Below, piece after piece: positions 12,043 to 26,166 of a DNA stretch of 64,000 nucleotides. Each line of letters begins with the position of its first letter. Position 1 is the stretch's first letter. The translations under genes and the position numbers were made by a program. The stretch lies in contig BAAGAE010000030.1 in the NCBI GenBank assembly GCA_054772095.1, forward strand, positions 151,335 to 215,334, given 5' to 3'. Origin of the DNA: Chamberlinius hualienensis. Taxonomy: Eukaryota. The notes beneath the pieces are model-generated. The model saw nothing but the letters and a program-made list of their open reading frames with translations. It did no database searches and was not told the origin of the DNA.

Positions 12043-12846
12043 ATTAAGCATTTTGAATAGTTTTTTTTCTTTAAATCTTTGATCGGAGGGGGAAGAGGAA
12101 TAAGTTTGTTTTTTAAATCGATTATAATATGAGATGTATTTTCTTTAAGTTTTTTTTATTGGTAACTAGCTGTATAGTAAGCTTTTTTTGAATGGGGAGG
12201 GGTGATTAATCCAAACTGGTCATTGACAAATTTCATTTTCTACGGTAAAAACTTTCGTTTGTTTTAAAATTTCAAAAATTTTGAAAAAATTTCTCCTCCC
12301 TCTTCGTTTACATCAGTTCACATATTTCTCTATATTCCATTCATTCGGTGTATTTTCGTTTTTCTAATATTAGTCACGGCCTCTAGGTCGTTCATAATTT
12401 AATGAAGAAAAAAAAGTTTGTGGGAATTATTTGTGTAGTCGTTTATTCATCTTGAATATCAGCTCGAAAATGCACCGTTCTTTACTTTTCATCGAAGAAT
12501 TGTAGTTACGTAGTTCATCCCCCTTTAAAATATATTTTGATTTTTGGTAAATGTGTGGTTGTATAAAATTAATTTTTTCATAGTTAGTAAACAGTGTCAG
12601 ATGCATAGAAAATGTATATCAGGTTTTTTGAGGGGGAGGGGGAGAGTTGAAGAACAACATTGTAATCTCAATCGGTCATCTGCACATTTGCATCTTGCTA
12701 AGTGTATGGTACAGTTAAAACGAGTACTGTAATTCTGTTTCGATAATAAAAAACTTGTCAACCACGGAACTGTATTTTTGTTAAATTTTGCAAAATATGC
12801 TTTGTTATTGATTTTAAATTTGGTATCCAAAAGAGGTCAGCGGTTC

Positions 12847-12883
12847 GACGTCATCAGCTTTGTCGTCAAAAGCTGATGACGTC
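12847..12883. promoter_or_regulatory. Perfect 15-bp inverted repeat (GACGTCATCAGCTTT / AAAGCTGATGACGTC) with a 6-bp spacer. It contains a full CRE (TGACGTCA at 12877-12884) and a CRE half-site (CGACGTCA). Intergenic, about 0.9 kb upstream of GATD1.
   Basis: Direct reading: cgacgtcatcagctttgtcgtcaaagctgatgacgtcag. Confidence 0.6.
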
Positions 12884-13824
12884 AGAGAGAAAGAGGATGT
12901 GGTGGGTGGGAATGTACGTCACCTACCCACTGGTTGAATTACCAGCGAATGTGATGTTCATTTCAAACAGTGAATATCAAACCAATCGAAATTGAATGAA
13001 AAACGTGGCACAAAATGTATTAAACCAATTTAAATTTTTTTCTATTGGATGGTAAAGTTCTACAGGTTTAAACGTATTTCAGTCTTAGTTCACGTTCAAT
13101 ATTTTTTCAAAAGTTAATTTTTTTAATGTGAGACTAACAAATAAAACCATTCGAATTAAACATTTATATTAATTACCGATATTTTGGTATCAGACTATTC
13201 ATATAAAATTTAATTATTATAGTACGTGCATAATTAATTTTTTTTTTAATAGATAAATGATTTTTTACTTTAAAGACTATTGAAAACTTTTTTGATTTTC
13301 TTTAAATGTGGCGCCTTGTCAGTACACACAACAACTTTAGATTATTTTTTTTAGTGCACTTTATAGTAATCTGATTTAAAAGTTAATTAACTGGGTTGAG
13401 GAGGTTATGTCGTCTCGTGTGTCATTCCTTGGGATACTATACTTTATCTTCGGTGTAAATTTTTAGCGCATGCTCAGTTGATCTTGCTCTGTTGAACTGT
13501 CGACCTAATTTTTTTCTCTCAGTCGATATTTTCGGTTAAAATTATTTAAGTTACTTGCTTTTTTTTGGATTTATTGTGTAATTTTCAGTGTAATGGTTGT
13601 GATGTGTTGGAGACTATATGGAGTTAAGGCTGAAGAAAAACTGTAGATATATATTACGTGTACATTGGCCGGCGATATTGTTTAATTGTCAAAGTAGGTT
13701 ACTTCTAAAACTGATAATTTTTATCGTGATAATATTGTGGTAATTAAATTTAATTACAGTTGCCAGCTGTATTTAAGAAATTTTTTTGTAAATCTTTCCG
13801 TCGATTTTTATCATTTGCTTACAT

Positions 13825-15331
13825 ATGGCTGCTTCTCGTCAAAGTTGCTTGTTTATTTTAAGTACAGCCAAAGAAGGTAATTTCTTCATTTACTTTATTT
13901 ATTTATAAAAAAATATTTGTACGTTCAGTTGGATTTTAGATCAATATTATTTATTGTATATTTAGGTGTTTCAGCAGCATCGTTTATTCAGTCATTTACA
14001 CTAACTCATGTGGCATTTGCTGTTCAAATAGCAACTCCAGGGGTATATCTACTATAATTAACGGTGTAACATCGATATGTAAAACTAACTGCATCTGCTT
14101 TTAGGGGAAACTACCTGAGTTTGTAAATCAAGATGAACAGAGCCGTCGTTGGTTAAGTGATTTTAAAGCAAAAGCTCTTGGCGTACCTATTAGTCTTCAG
14201 TCGGTTGATGGTAAATTACCTTTTCTATTATGTGATGGAGGTCATGTCATGTCAGCAGGCAATTATGTAGTTGGGTCAGATTTACATTATGTGAAACGTA
14301 ATTTCTATCTTCAACTTTTAAATCAAGATTACAGTTATTATATTTTTTAAACCAGTCGATAAATATTAATTCATTGAATATCAAAATCAGGTTTATGCAA
14401 ACTAAAAAAAAATAAAATTTTCGTCTCATTGCTTATAATACGCATATAATGACATGATTTATGTTTATTTGTTGAAAAAGTTTTTTTTTACAATTTAATG
14501 ACAACATGTTTTGAATAGTCATGTATGTAATAGGATACAACATCCTATAAAAATAATAAGAAATGCAATCTAAATTGTCATGTCAGCTTAGCTTATTGTT
14601 TAGATTATCGATTAGACTTTGCTTGAATAATATTTTGTATTTATTATTTATGTAATGACGATTTTTATTGATCGGTCACGTTTTATTTTAATGAATTTTA
14701 ATATATTACCAATCGCGATTTCAGCTAACAGATACGCTTGTATGGTTATTCCTCACTCACCCGGTGCTTTAGTGGATCTAGCTAATGATTCTTATCTTGC
14801 TCATGTTTTGCAGCATTTTATAAGAGAAAAAAGTAATTTGTTGATAACATTATTTTAATGATTAACAATTCTGTTAATATTTAACATAATTATACAATTG
14901 GCAGAACCAATCTGTGGTATTGGATCCGGAGTAGCTGCTTTGTTTAGCGCTATCGACGTTGATCACAGCTCAACTTGGTCTTTTCGACGATACTGCATGA
15001 CTGCTGTAACGTTTCAATTTGGAAATTATATACAGTACATTATTTTTAATTATGGGTATGATTTAGATTTCAGTGTTTGAATTGGCAAAAAACGTCGATT
15101 TTGCCAAGCTACCTATTATTCCTGAAGATATAATCAAAGATAGAGGAGCTTTTTATTCAAGTATGGTTGAAATACTTAAATTTTACCTGTTTAAAATTAC
15201 CGTTTATATTCATAGACAGCGAACCAGACGCCACGCACGTAGTAGTTGACCGGCATTTGATCACGGGTCAGAATGAGCAATCTACAATATCCGCTGTTCA
15301 AAATTTAATTCTTATGTGCAATCAAAGGTAA
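13825..15331 (+). CDS. GATD1: Glutamine amidotransferase-like class 1 domain-containing protein 1 (GATD1/PDDC1; DJ-1/PfpI superfamily). Seven exons at about 13825-13876, 13965-14043, 14105-14211, 14717-14835, 14904-15006, 15060-15150 and 15213-15331.
   Basis: The spliced product [217 protein letters not shown] aligns end-to-end with human GATD1. Matching segments include SCLVVLSAAAEG, LPEFVGQDAASRRWLQDF, LIPSCPGALTDLA, KPICAVGHGVAAL and SEPDAVHVVLDRHLVTGQN. Confidence 0.8.
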
Positions 15332-15582
15332 AATTATTTTTTACAGTAGTCAAGTTTCCTTCAACTAAAGTTAATTCACGTTAATAGGAAGCTGCCTACT
15401 AAAGATCAAATTAGAGATAATCCTTAAATGTAGGTTTCGTTATCCAATTATTTTATTCCAAGTATCAACAATTTTTACGTTTTACAAATAAGCAAAAAAA
15501 ACAATTTATTATTCAAGTTTATTAAAAATTTTCGTCTATTAAATTGAGAAATGTGCTTGATTAACAACAATTCATTTATTCA

Positions 15583-18119
15583 TTACGAATGTATTTGAGA
15601 TTCAGATGCCTTGATAATTGATTCTTCAGCTTTGTTCGTAGATGATACAGCAGCATGGTTTAAGTCAGTGCTATCAGTTGAAGAGGAGAAAGTTCCTTGA
15701 TTGATTTGTTGTTGACCTTTGGCATTTGGTTGAAATTGTTGGTTCTGAATCTGAGGGATTTGGTTACCCTGCTGAAATTGTGGAGGTTGCTGGCCACCTT
15801 GCTGAAATTGCGGAGGTCGCTGACCACCTTGCTGAAATGGTGGTGGTTGTTGGCCACCTTGCTGAAAGTGTTGTTGCTGATTACCTGGTTGAAAATTCGT
15901 AGATTGCTGACCGCCTTGTTGAAACTGAGCTGGGTGACCACCTTGCTGAAACTGTACTTGTTGATACTGGTCTTGGTGGTTACCCTGTTGAAACTGTGGT
16001 GGTTGTTGGTACTGGTAGTTACCTTGTGGATAACCCTGTCCACCAGGGTACTGCATCTGGTAATTTAATTTTTTTAGAGCTGAATTATAATATAGTCTTA
16101 CTAACTCAATGTACCTGTCCTACTTGATTTCCTTGATCATGTGGGTAAGGTGGTTGTTGTCCCTAAAAGTTGCGTGAAAATGTTAGAACGTTAAATTATT
16201 AAGTCGGTAAAAATTATTTACCACTGGATATCCATTGGGCGGAGGAACGTACTGATATTGAGCTCCATGTGGTGGTTGCCCACCTGGGGGTACGTAGACG
16301 GGAGGAGGTGGATAATATCCCTATCAAATAATATGCTGTACATTATAGAGCTGCGAAAAATAAGAATAACTATCACTCACAGGATGATGCGAACGCTGAT
16401 ATTCTTCAAATTCTCGATCATCAAATAACTGTTGATCTTCTATGCCCTGCCGTATATATTATTATTAACTTTTTAATTCAAAATCGGTTCATATTTGGTT
16501 CCACTTACGTTCCATTCTGGATCTTGATTGAAGTCTTGTCTTGCTATCATTGCATCAAACTCTTTTTTACTTATCAATCTATCTCCATTTGTGTCCGTCT
16601 GTTCCAATAAAAATGACTACTGTAGTTATTTACATTTAAGCATCGTGAAATATTTCCACAAACCTCATTCATTACGTGGTCTTTCATACGATGCATTTCT
16701 TCTTCTCGTTCTCTTGTATCTCCGCCTTCTTTCTCGACCTTTGCAATAGTGTTACTTTACGGTATCTATAAATATTACCGTCTTTTTTACCTCTTTAATA
16801 AACATTGCCATTAATTCGTCCTCACTCCAATGACCATCTCCGTTGAGATCTATTTTAAAATTTGTTTTTAAAGCATTTATTTAAAAATATGAAATAATAT
16901 AATAACCATGAAGGCTGAAAAGGGTATCTGGATCAAATTCTTCCGTGGGTAGATGATCCTCTTTTTCCCAAACATCTTCTAGTTGAGCTTTACTACCCTA
17001 GAATTTAAATATTGTTTCATTTTCTGGTTTAATTGACAAAATTAGTCCATTAACTAACCGGATGATGGACTTTAGGATGATCTTTTTGTTTTTTTTGTTG
17101 TTCGTCAAATTCTTTTTCCGCCTGCTTACGGTGCTCTTCATCCATTTGCTTTAATTTGTCTCGTCTTTCCCATTCTTTTTCCATTTCATATTCTTTAAAT
17201 TCCTTACGACGTTGACGATTCGACTCCTCTAGATCTTCAGTTGTCTGGAAATTGAATACAATACTTAACGGTTAACATTCAATCTGAGAATAATATTTCA
17301 GTTATTAAAGCTGACTTTTTTGATGAGCTTCGTGAGATCCTCGATTTCGAAAGTATGTGGATTTCTAGAATCCACGTGAATTGGTCGAGCTAAGGCTTCC
17401 CTGTCAATACCTTAAAAATATATAATTTAAGCGATAAAGCATCATATAATACACTTATGCACTAAGAAGCTAACAAACATGCAAATAATATGCAGATATA
17501 ACCAAAGTTTTTGATGTGCAACTAGAAAACAAGTAATTAGCAAAACAAGAATGGAAGAAAGGAAATCCTATCACCAAGCGATAGTAGCAGACCTAAGTGC
17601 TCCGAATCATTGTCCGAGTACACACCATTCGATAGTTCATCCATTCTCCTGGCATAAGATTTTAGTCGGTTGAGCTCTCTGCGTTTGACTTCATCCAATT
17701 GATTTCGTATATGATGACTTACAAACTGAAGTTGATCAGCTAACTTGCCACTCTAAATTCGACAATCAATATTTTGTACTATCTTTCCTCTGCCAAAAAT
17801 ATATAGTTACTACTAACCGATATATCTTCTTCAGTGGCTTTTTCTAAGTATTTTTTAAAGCTTGGATCTTTTTCCAAATAGTTCATTACCTCTTGTAGAT
17901 ACTTACCATATGGAAGTTCAAAGTCAATCTAACGACAATTTCGTTTGAAGTTAATGACTTTTATTTGAATATTGTGTCAATTTACTCACAGGCTTTCCTG
18001 GCGGTTCATGTGTTGTTGACGCTTGATCTTCAGTTTTGTTGTTTTGAACAAGCGGAGCACAACTTACGTAAGTAAAAAACAAAAGGAAAAGAAATGTCGA
18101 CACATTTGTAGAAGCCATT
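15583..18119 (-). CDS. NUCB: Nucleobindin (NUCB1/2, Calnuc homologue). This is a secreted/Golgi EF-hand Ca-binding protein of about 14 exons, with a signal peptide, two EF-hands and a C-terminal Gln/Pro-rich repeat domain. ATG at 18119 and stop at 15583-15585.
   Basis: Minus-strand exons give MASTNVSTFLFLLFFTYVSCAPLVQNN... (signal peptide), then IDFELPYGKYLQEVMNYLEKDPSFKKYLEKATEEDI (compare human [30 protein letters not shown]) and GKLADQLQFVSHHIRNQLDEVKRRELNRL. A further segment is EFKEYEMEKEWERRDKLKQMDEEHRKQAEKEFDEQQKKQKDHPKVHHPG (compare [50 protein letters not shown]). EF-hand 1 is LHDLNGDGHWSEDELMAMFIKE and EF-hand 2 is TDTNGDRLISKKEFDAMIA. A P/Q-rich tail follows. All junctions are GT-AG and in phase. 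Confidence 0.85.
15740..16035 (-). repeat. Coding tandem array of about 8 near-identical 30-bp units in the nucleobindin last exon, encoding (F/Y)QQGGQQPPQ decapeptide repeats.
   Basis: The plus strand shows ccaccttgctgaaattgcggaggtcgctga / ccaccttgctgaaatggtggtggttgttgg / ccaccttgctgaaagtgttgttgctgatta and further units. The translation reads FQQGGQQPPPFQQGGQRPPQFQQGGQQPPQFQQGNQ... High nucleotide identity between units. Confidence 0.85.
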
Positions 18120-18753
18120 TCCTACATAAACATTGCGGCGTCATTAATATTATAAATATAACTTTTTAAACTTTAAATTCACTTACTTGAGATTATTCAC
18201 GTAACTTCGATATCTTACGTGTACTGCTGAGATTTCTGGTAAATTAACGACTTTTCATCTCCGCGAAAAGATGAAAGAACTTTAATATCGAGTTCAACTA
18301 ATGACATAAATACACGTCACAAGGAAAATACACGTTTGACAACCAATTGTTTCTAAACCTTTAGCTCGCGAGTCATATATAAATATTGCATCATTGAATT
18401 ATCGTGTGGTGCAAACTAATGTATATTTGAATGTATAAAACTTCGTAGCATTTGATAATATTGCGTAGTTAAAATTTACAAAATTTATTTAATATATTAA
18501 AAATTTGGTCAGTTCGACGCAAAAAATCTGTCTAGATGCAATGCACCATGGGTAGTTTATGGATTTAAATGATTTAACCAAGCAGTAATATTGCGAGTGC
18601 AAATGACTAATACAGTAATCCATTTATGTAATAGTTTACCATATAATCATTTACTATATATCAATAAAAAACTAACGTGGTTATGATAGTCCTATGATCC
18701 TTAAATGACTATTAGAAAATACAGTAGTTTGATACATTCGGATCGTTTACAAG

Positions 18754-18761
18754 TGACGTCA
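18754..18761. promoter_or_regulatory. Full palindromic CRE (TGACGTCA) in the roughly 760-bp bidirectional promoter between nucleobindin (minus-strand ATG at 18119) and COQ5 (plus-strand ATG at 18879).
   Basis: Direct reading: aagtgacgtcattc. Confidence 0.5.
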
Positions 18762-18878
18762 TTCATATTAGACCTTGGGTAAGTTGCGCGAGTTTTATTA
18801 TTTACAGCAAGAGTTCTCAGCTGGCTACTAATGTTCTTTATGTATAATTTTTAATTAATTATTACATGTCAGGTGAAA

Positions 18879-21168
<2,290 letters not shown>

Positions 21169-21718
21169 AATATTTCAACGAAATTATACAAAAATATAGT
21201 CTTTATGAATCACATTTAATAAATCGTCTCAAAGTGCGAGTACATATCGATCAAAACCCGTTAGTGTGTCACAAACGTTAATTTGTTTATTTAAAAAAAA
21301 AAGGAAAAATTAAAAACGAATAAATTCATCGACGATCGAGTCGAAAATGCATGTCGAACATGTACAACATACTACACGACACCATCAATGACAATAACGA
21401 GTTTTGTTACAATTTCATACAAGCTTCTCGGGAAGGGGGAAAAAATCGAAAAAATTAATTTGATAAGAGTGAATTTATCCAGTTTGTACAAAGAGTTGGA
21501 CATATCGACAAATACCTATCGATAAACCAAATTTTTTTTTTTCTCTTTAGGTTATACAAATTATAACATTTTTTATACAATAAAAAATAGTTAACAATTT
21601 ATAGTTTACACATCGTAAACAAAGTTGATGACAGCGAAAATAAAAAAAGGGGATTGTTCGGATTTAAAGTGAGATTTTGGAATATTTCTTGTGCAGTTCG
21701 GGGAACTTGCGGGAACAG

Positions 21719-22021
<303 letters not shown>

Positions 22022-22996
22022 TTAACCATTTTTTGATTATTTTGTACCAAAGGATGGCACAAACAATTGATTTAAAACAAGCATTTTTCAGTTTCATCGA
22101 CGAAGTTCAAATGATGTTAATTAACCATAACATGAACAATAGGCAAGTAAAATTAATAATAATTTTTAATGCAACCAAATATATCATTTCTTTTCTAAAT
22201 GAAAGTTTTAATTAATGAATTTTACCTTGAATACGGCACAGATGAGCAAAATCACAATACTTTAAATTTTCCTTCTCACTTTGGAGTTCGGGAAAAATCT
22301 CTCACAACCACCGTTCCTTATGATTATAGCCTGTTTAGCTATTCATTCACTTAGCAGCTACCACTATTATCAGTACGTCCAATGAGTGAGCGTATTTACG
22401 CTCTCACCTAGCCGGTAAATACCGTTAGTTTACATGCAGTTGACGGTGATTAGCTGAAATGCCGCATATCCTCAAGTTCTATTGGTTAAATCTTTAAGTG
22501 TCTATCAAAGCGTCTATCAACCCATAAGGCATTGCACATTGCGTACGTTCTTACATGACGAAAGATAATTTAGGCTTAAAATGAACATGCTAAGTGCGCC
22601 ATCTGTTGATCAAACTTGTCTAATGTATTTGATAGTAGGGAGACTAGGGATAAACGATACCACAAAAGTATCGATGGTTTACTATTTAGGCAAAGTAGCG
22701 ATAGCACCAGAACTATCGGTGGTATGCATGTATGGCATGATATGGCAAAAGTATATTATATTACGTAAAACTAATGGTTAGAATACGTATTAAAAAAGCA
22801 TACTAAGATATAATTTAAATAACAATTGAAGTAGAAATGGTAAAACCATATATTTTTTTAATAAAAGTTATGTAATTGTATTTCTAATTTAAATTCATTT
22901 TTTAGATATCAACGAATTCGTATCGAAACATCAGAATTCATACGAGTTCAGTATCGTATATTGATAATAAATATTGCGGTATTGAAGCCAGTATCG

Positions 22997-23004
22997 TATC
23001 GATA
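22997..23004. promoter_or_regulatory. DRE-like palindrome TATCGATA, with related GTATCG(T)AT copies at about 22668, 22920 and 22950. It sits in the divergent DYNLL1/SRSF1 promoter. Identical octamers also occur at 2396-2403 and 29747-29754 (TMEM33 promoter).
   Basis: Direct reading: cagtatcgtatcgataaataacgatactg. About 2.5 exact copies are expected by base composition and 3 are observed, all in putative promoter regions. Confidence 0.35.
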
Positions 23005-23128
23005 AATAACGATACTGTAAATTGTAATTTGTAAAGGGAAAACGCTAGAACTTGAAGGTTGGCGTGGTCGGCGTTATTGTTGTTTAGTAAGCCATCTTTG
23101 GTCTTTTGTTAATTTTTTTCGAGTCAAC

Positions 23129-24088
23129 ATGTCGTACCGCAATAATGAGTGCCGGATTTACGTGGGGAATCTTCCACCTGACATAAGAAGCAAGGACATT
23201 GAGGATTTGTTTTATAAATTCGGTAAAATTGCATTTATTGACCTCAAGAACAGGAGAGGGCCGCCATTTGCTTTTGTTGAATTCGAAGATCACAGGTTTG
23301 CATAACATTATTTTATTTTTCGTTACTACATTTAAAAAAAAGGGAATCTATAACTTAAAAAATGAAATAAAACAGAGACGCGGAAGATGCAGTACATGCT
23401 CGCGATGGCTATGATTACGACGGTTACAGATTACGTGTCGAATTTCCACGAGGGAGTGCGCCAGGTAGAGGTGGAGGAGGGGGCGGCGGCGGTGGTGGTG
23501 GTGGTGGTGGCGGCGGTGGAGGAGGCAGCAGCAGTAGTCGCCAAGGAGGCCGTGGACGAGGACCACCTGCCAGACGATCACAGTACAGATGCTTAGTGTC
23601 AGGTCAGCTTCCTTTACCAAACTCAGTTAACTGAAGAACTGTTAACCACTTTTAGAATACGCTTATTGTAATTTGTATATTGTTACAGGATTACCTGCTT
23701 CTGGAAGTTGGCAGGATTTGAAGGACCACATGAGAGAAGCTGGAGATGTATGTTACGCTGATGTTTATAAAGATGGAACTGGAGTGGTCGAATTCCTACG
23801 ATACGAAGACATGAAATACGCTGTGAAAAAGCTGGATGATTCCAAATTTCGATCTCATGAGGTTAAATCTTTTGCCTTTATTGATTGTTTGTTATCTTGG
23901 TTAAATTGTTTGCATTGTAGGGCGAGGTCGCTTATATCAGAGTAAAGGAAGATTATGGTGGTCGAATGAGTCGCTCAAGAAGCCGCAGTTACTCTCCTCG
24001 TCGTACTAGAGGCTCTCCAACCTATTCACCAGCTAAAAGATCCCATTCCAGATCAAAATCGAGATCGCGCTCCGGTTCCTGGAATTAA
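23129..24088 (+). CDS. SRSF1: Serine/arginine-rich splicing factor 1 (ASF/SF2-type; SRSF1/SRSF9 family). Four exons at 23129-23298, 23375-23604, 23689-23861 and 23921-24088.
   Basis: [89 protein letters not shown](G)n...[82 protein letters not shown]...RS-rich tail* matches human SRSF1 almost residue-for-residue across RRM1, the Gly-rich hinge, pseudo-RRM2 ([20 protein letters not shown]) and the RS domain. Confidence 0.9.
23457..23532 (+). repeat. (GGN)n trinucleotide array encoding the poly-Gly hinge of SRSF1.
   Basis: Direct reading: ggtagaggtggaggagggggcggcggcggtggtggtggtggtggtggcggcggtggaggaggc. Confidence 0.85.
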
Positions 24089-24899
24089 TTTCTGTTAAAA
24101 GAATTGGATAGGATTGACTGTCAGTAGCCAATTATTCGTAATACGACTCTACCTTGTTATTAATACATGCGTCTAAGTTCCGAAACACTTGAAATCATAA
24201 CACCAAAGGCAATTATGCAATTATCGTTTTTGTATATTCCTGCATATCAAATTTCCATAAAAGTCACGATGACATTTTTATCTTGATTGTACCACATGGT
24301 AGAGCAACCAACATTCTACCATCACAAATAGCGTCTTGACAATACCTGTCTGGTTTCCTTTTCATTTCCATTTCTGTTACTATATATAATCACCTTTATC
24401 ATGAATTTATGTTGGCTAACTCGTTTTTATGCCGTATGTTCTTAGATTTCAAGAATGGATAATAATTGCTGCCATTTGGCGTTTTGACATTAAATGGAAG
24501 TACAATAACGGAAAATTTGGAGTAGAAGAGGCCCCTCGTGGGACCTCTGGAGCTGGAGGAATAGGACAATTTTATTTTGGTATGAAATGACGTGGAAATT
24601 GGTCGTATTCAGACTCCAAATTTTAACAAAATTGTCCTGTTTATTTTTTTCGTTGTATTATTTGAAATCAAAAAGAAAACTTTTTCCGTTTATTGAAAAA
24701 AGTTTTTCTTGTACAATTATCGTAATGCATCCACATAACTCTCACCAAAAAAAAATTTATCAATGCTTTTTATGTTATCGGCTGTATAATGAGAGCGTTT
24801 ATAGCTAAAACATTTCTCCCTTTCACCTAAGCTCCATTATTGTTGTATATGTATATGGTCTCATTCAACTAGCGTATTTTATTTTTGAAGGTGTATGCA

Positions 24900-25320
24900 C
24901 ACTAATGTCGGAAAGAGGAACATGGAGGGAATATGACTTCTTAATAGAAGCTCCTTCAGGAGCATTATTGGAATAAGGGAGGAGGAGAAAGAGAGGATTT
25001 AGGAAAAAAAATGGACAGGAGGATAGGATAGGATCCTCGCTGGATTAAAATTGGAAAAAGATTAAGAGAGGATTAGTAATTCAAATATTAATAAGAGGAT
25101 TCCTAGCGTACTTGGGAAACAAATTGGGGATAATGAAGCGATGTCTCGGGTTAATAATGGAAATTACGGAGTTCCTCCTTCCCAGATGCGCGATTTTGAT
25201 TGCACTCTGATGTACTAAGTACAGGATGTTTATAAATTCATAAGTGATTTAATATGGAGTTGAGGGTGGGGATTATGGGGAAGCGATCTGCGCTTCCAGG
25301 TGAGTAATATATGGGTGCGA
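24900..25320 (+). other. Purine-rich (GA/GGA-rich) tract about 0.8 kb downstream of the SRSF1 stop codon. Possible 3'UTR element or alternative (poison) exon region.
   Basis: Direct reading: ggaataagggaggaggagaaagagaggatttaggaaaaaaaatggacaggaggataggataggatcc...ggagttgagggtggggattatggggaagcg, ending in a GT donor-like caggtgagtaat at about 25298. Confidence 0.3.
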
Positions 25321-26166
25321 AATACATTGCTGTTTAATTGGAGTTTTATGTACATTTCAGTGAATGTCTGTCATCATCTATTTCATCTAATATTTTTAGA
25401 AAGTGTATGCTGCTGATAATATGTTTAACGATTGAATAAATTGATCTTAATCCGAAATTGTTAAACTTCATTAATTTTCTCAATATTTCGGTTTACGACT
25501 TTTAGAAAAAGGCGCATATGAACTGTAGCGGGCAATTGTAACATTTCACTAATTTAGGTTAGACACTAGTGTTACAAACTTTCTCAACCAGTAACGGCAT
25601 TTTTTTTATTTCAGAAAATACTGTGATTGAATAAATTCAGACAAACAAAATTGATAATCAATGTTTAAGCGTTGCAGCTGAGTTGGTATCTCGCAATGAA
25701 ATTTCGACTTGGCATCTAATTAATAATAGACCGATTTCGAGACATTGAATCACCTTTTATTACATTGGAATACAATGTATATTAAATAATAATTACGGTA
25801 CATATAGTATTTCAACTAATATGTTTAAAAAAGTGTTGTATTGGAGCGATGTAAATTACGTAACAAAATTGCCCAGTAAGGTGTAAGCTTGTTCAACTTT
25901 AGGTACGTGAGTCACTTGCTTAATCAATTTATCTCTTAATATAATTAATATCTCTTGCATTTTAGTAAACTATGAATCTTCATGATTTGTATTTAGTCTT
26001 TGAAACTTCTGAAATTTAATTCAGTTGAATTACTTAAATTACGTATTGCAACATTGGGCCTGTAATGACTGAAGCAACCTACTGAATACAGTACTGATTA
26101 CTGATCCTAAGCAGCGGATGCACATTGCACAAGTCATACTGTGATTCTGTCTGCACGTGTTCGGTA

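Noticed and set aside
12780-12900. GGTTCGA (tRNA T-loop or Pol III box-B-like) at about 12842, which might indicate a tRNA or vault-RNA-type gene
   Set aside because: No acceptor, D or anticodon stems can be drawn upstream. There is no box A at the right spacing and no downstream T-run terminator. The string is simply part of the CRE-containing palindrome.
15660-16068. Overlapping ORFs 15660-16043 (minus) and 15697-16068 (plus) on top of the nucleobindin last exon
   Set aside because: These are alternative-frame or antisense readings of the 30-bp tandem repeat (Leu/Trp/Lys- or Asn/Ser/Val-rich nonsense). Only the frame continuous with the EF-hand exons (QQGGQQPPQF) is supported.
18288-18301. 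Shared 14-mer AATATCGAGTTCAA at 18288 (NUCB/COQ5 promoter) and 29708 (TMEM33 promoter/MVP 3' flank)
   Set aside because: About 15 identical 14-mer pairs are expected by chance in 64 kb on both strands, so this is not significant on its own.
23348-23620. Antisense and alternative-frame ORFs over the SRSF1 Gly-rich hinge (poly-His / poly-Ala-Val readings)
   Set aside because: These are artefacts of the (GGN)n repeat. The sense frame is fixed by the flanking RRM exons.
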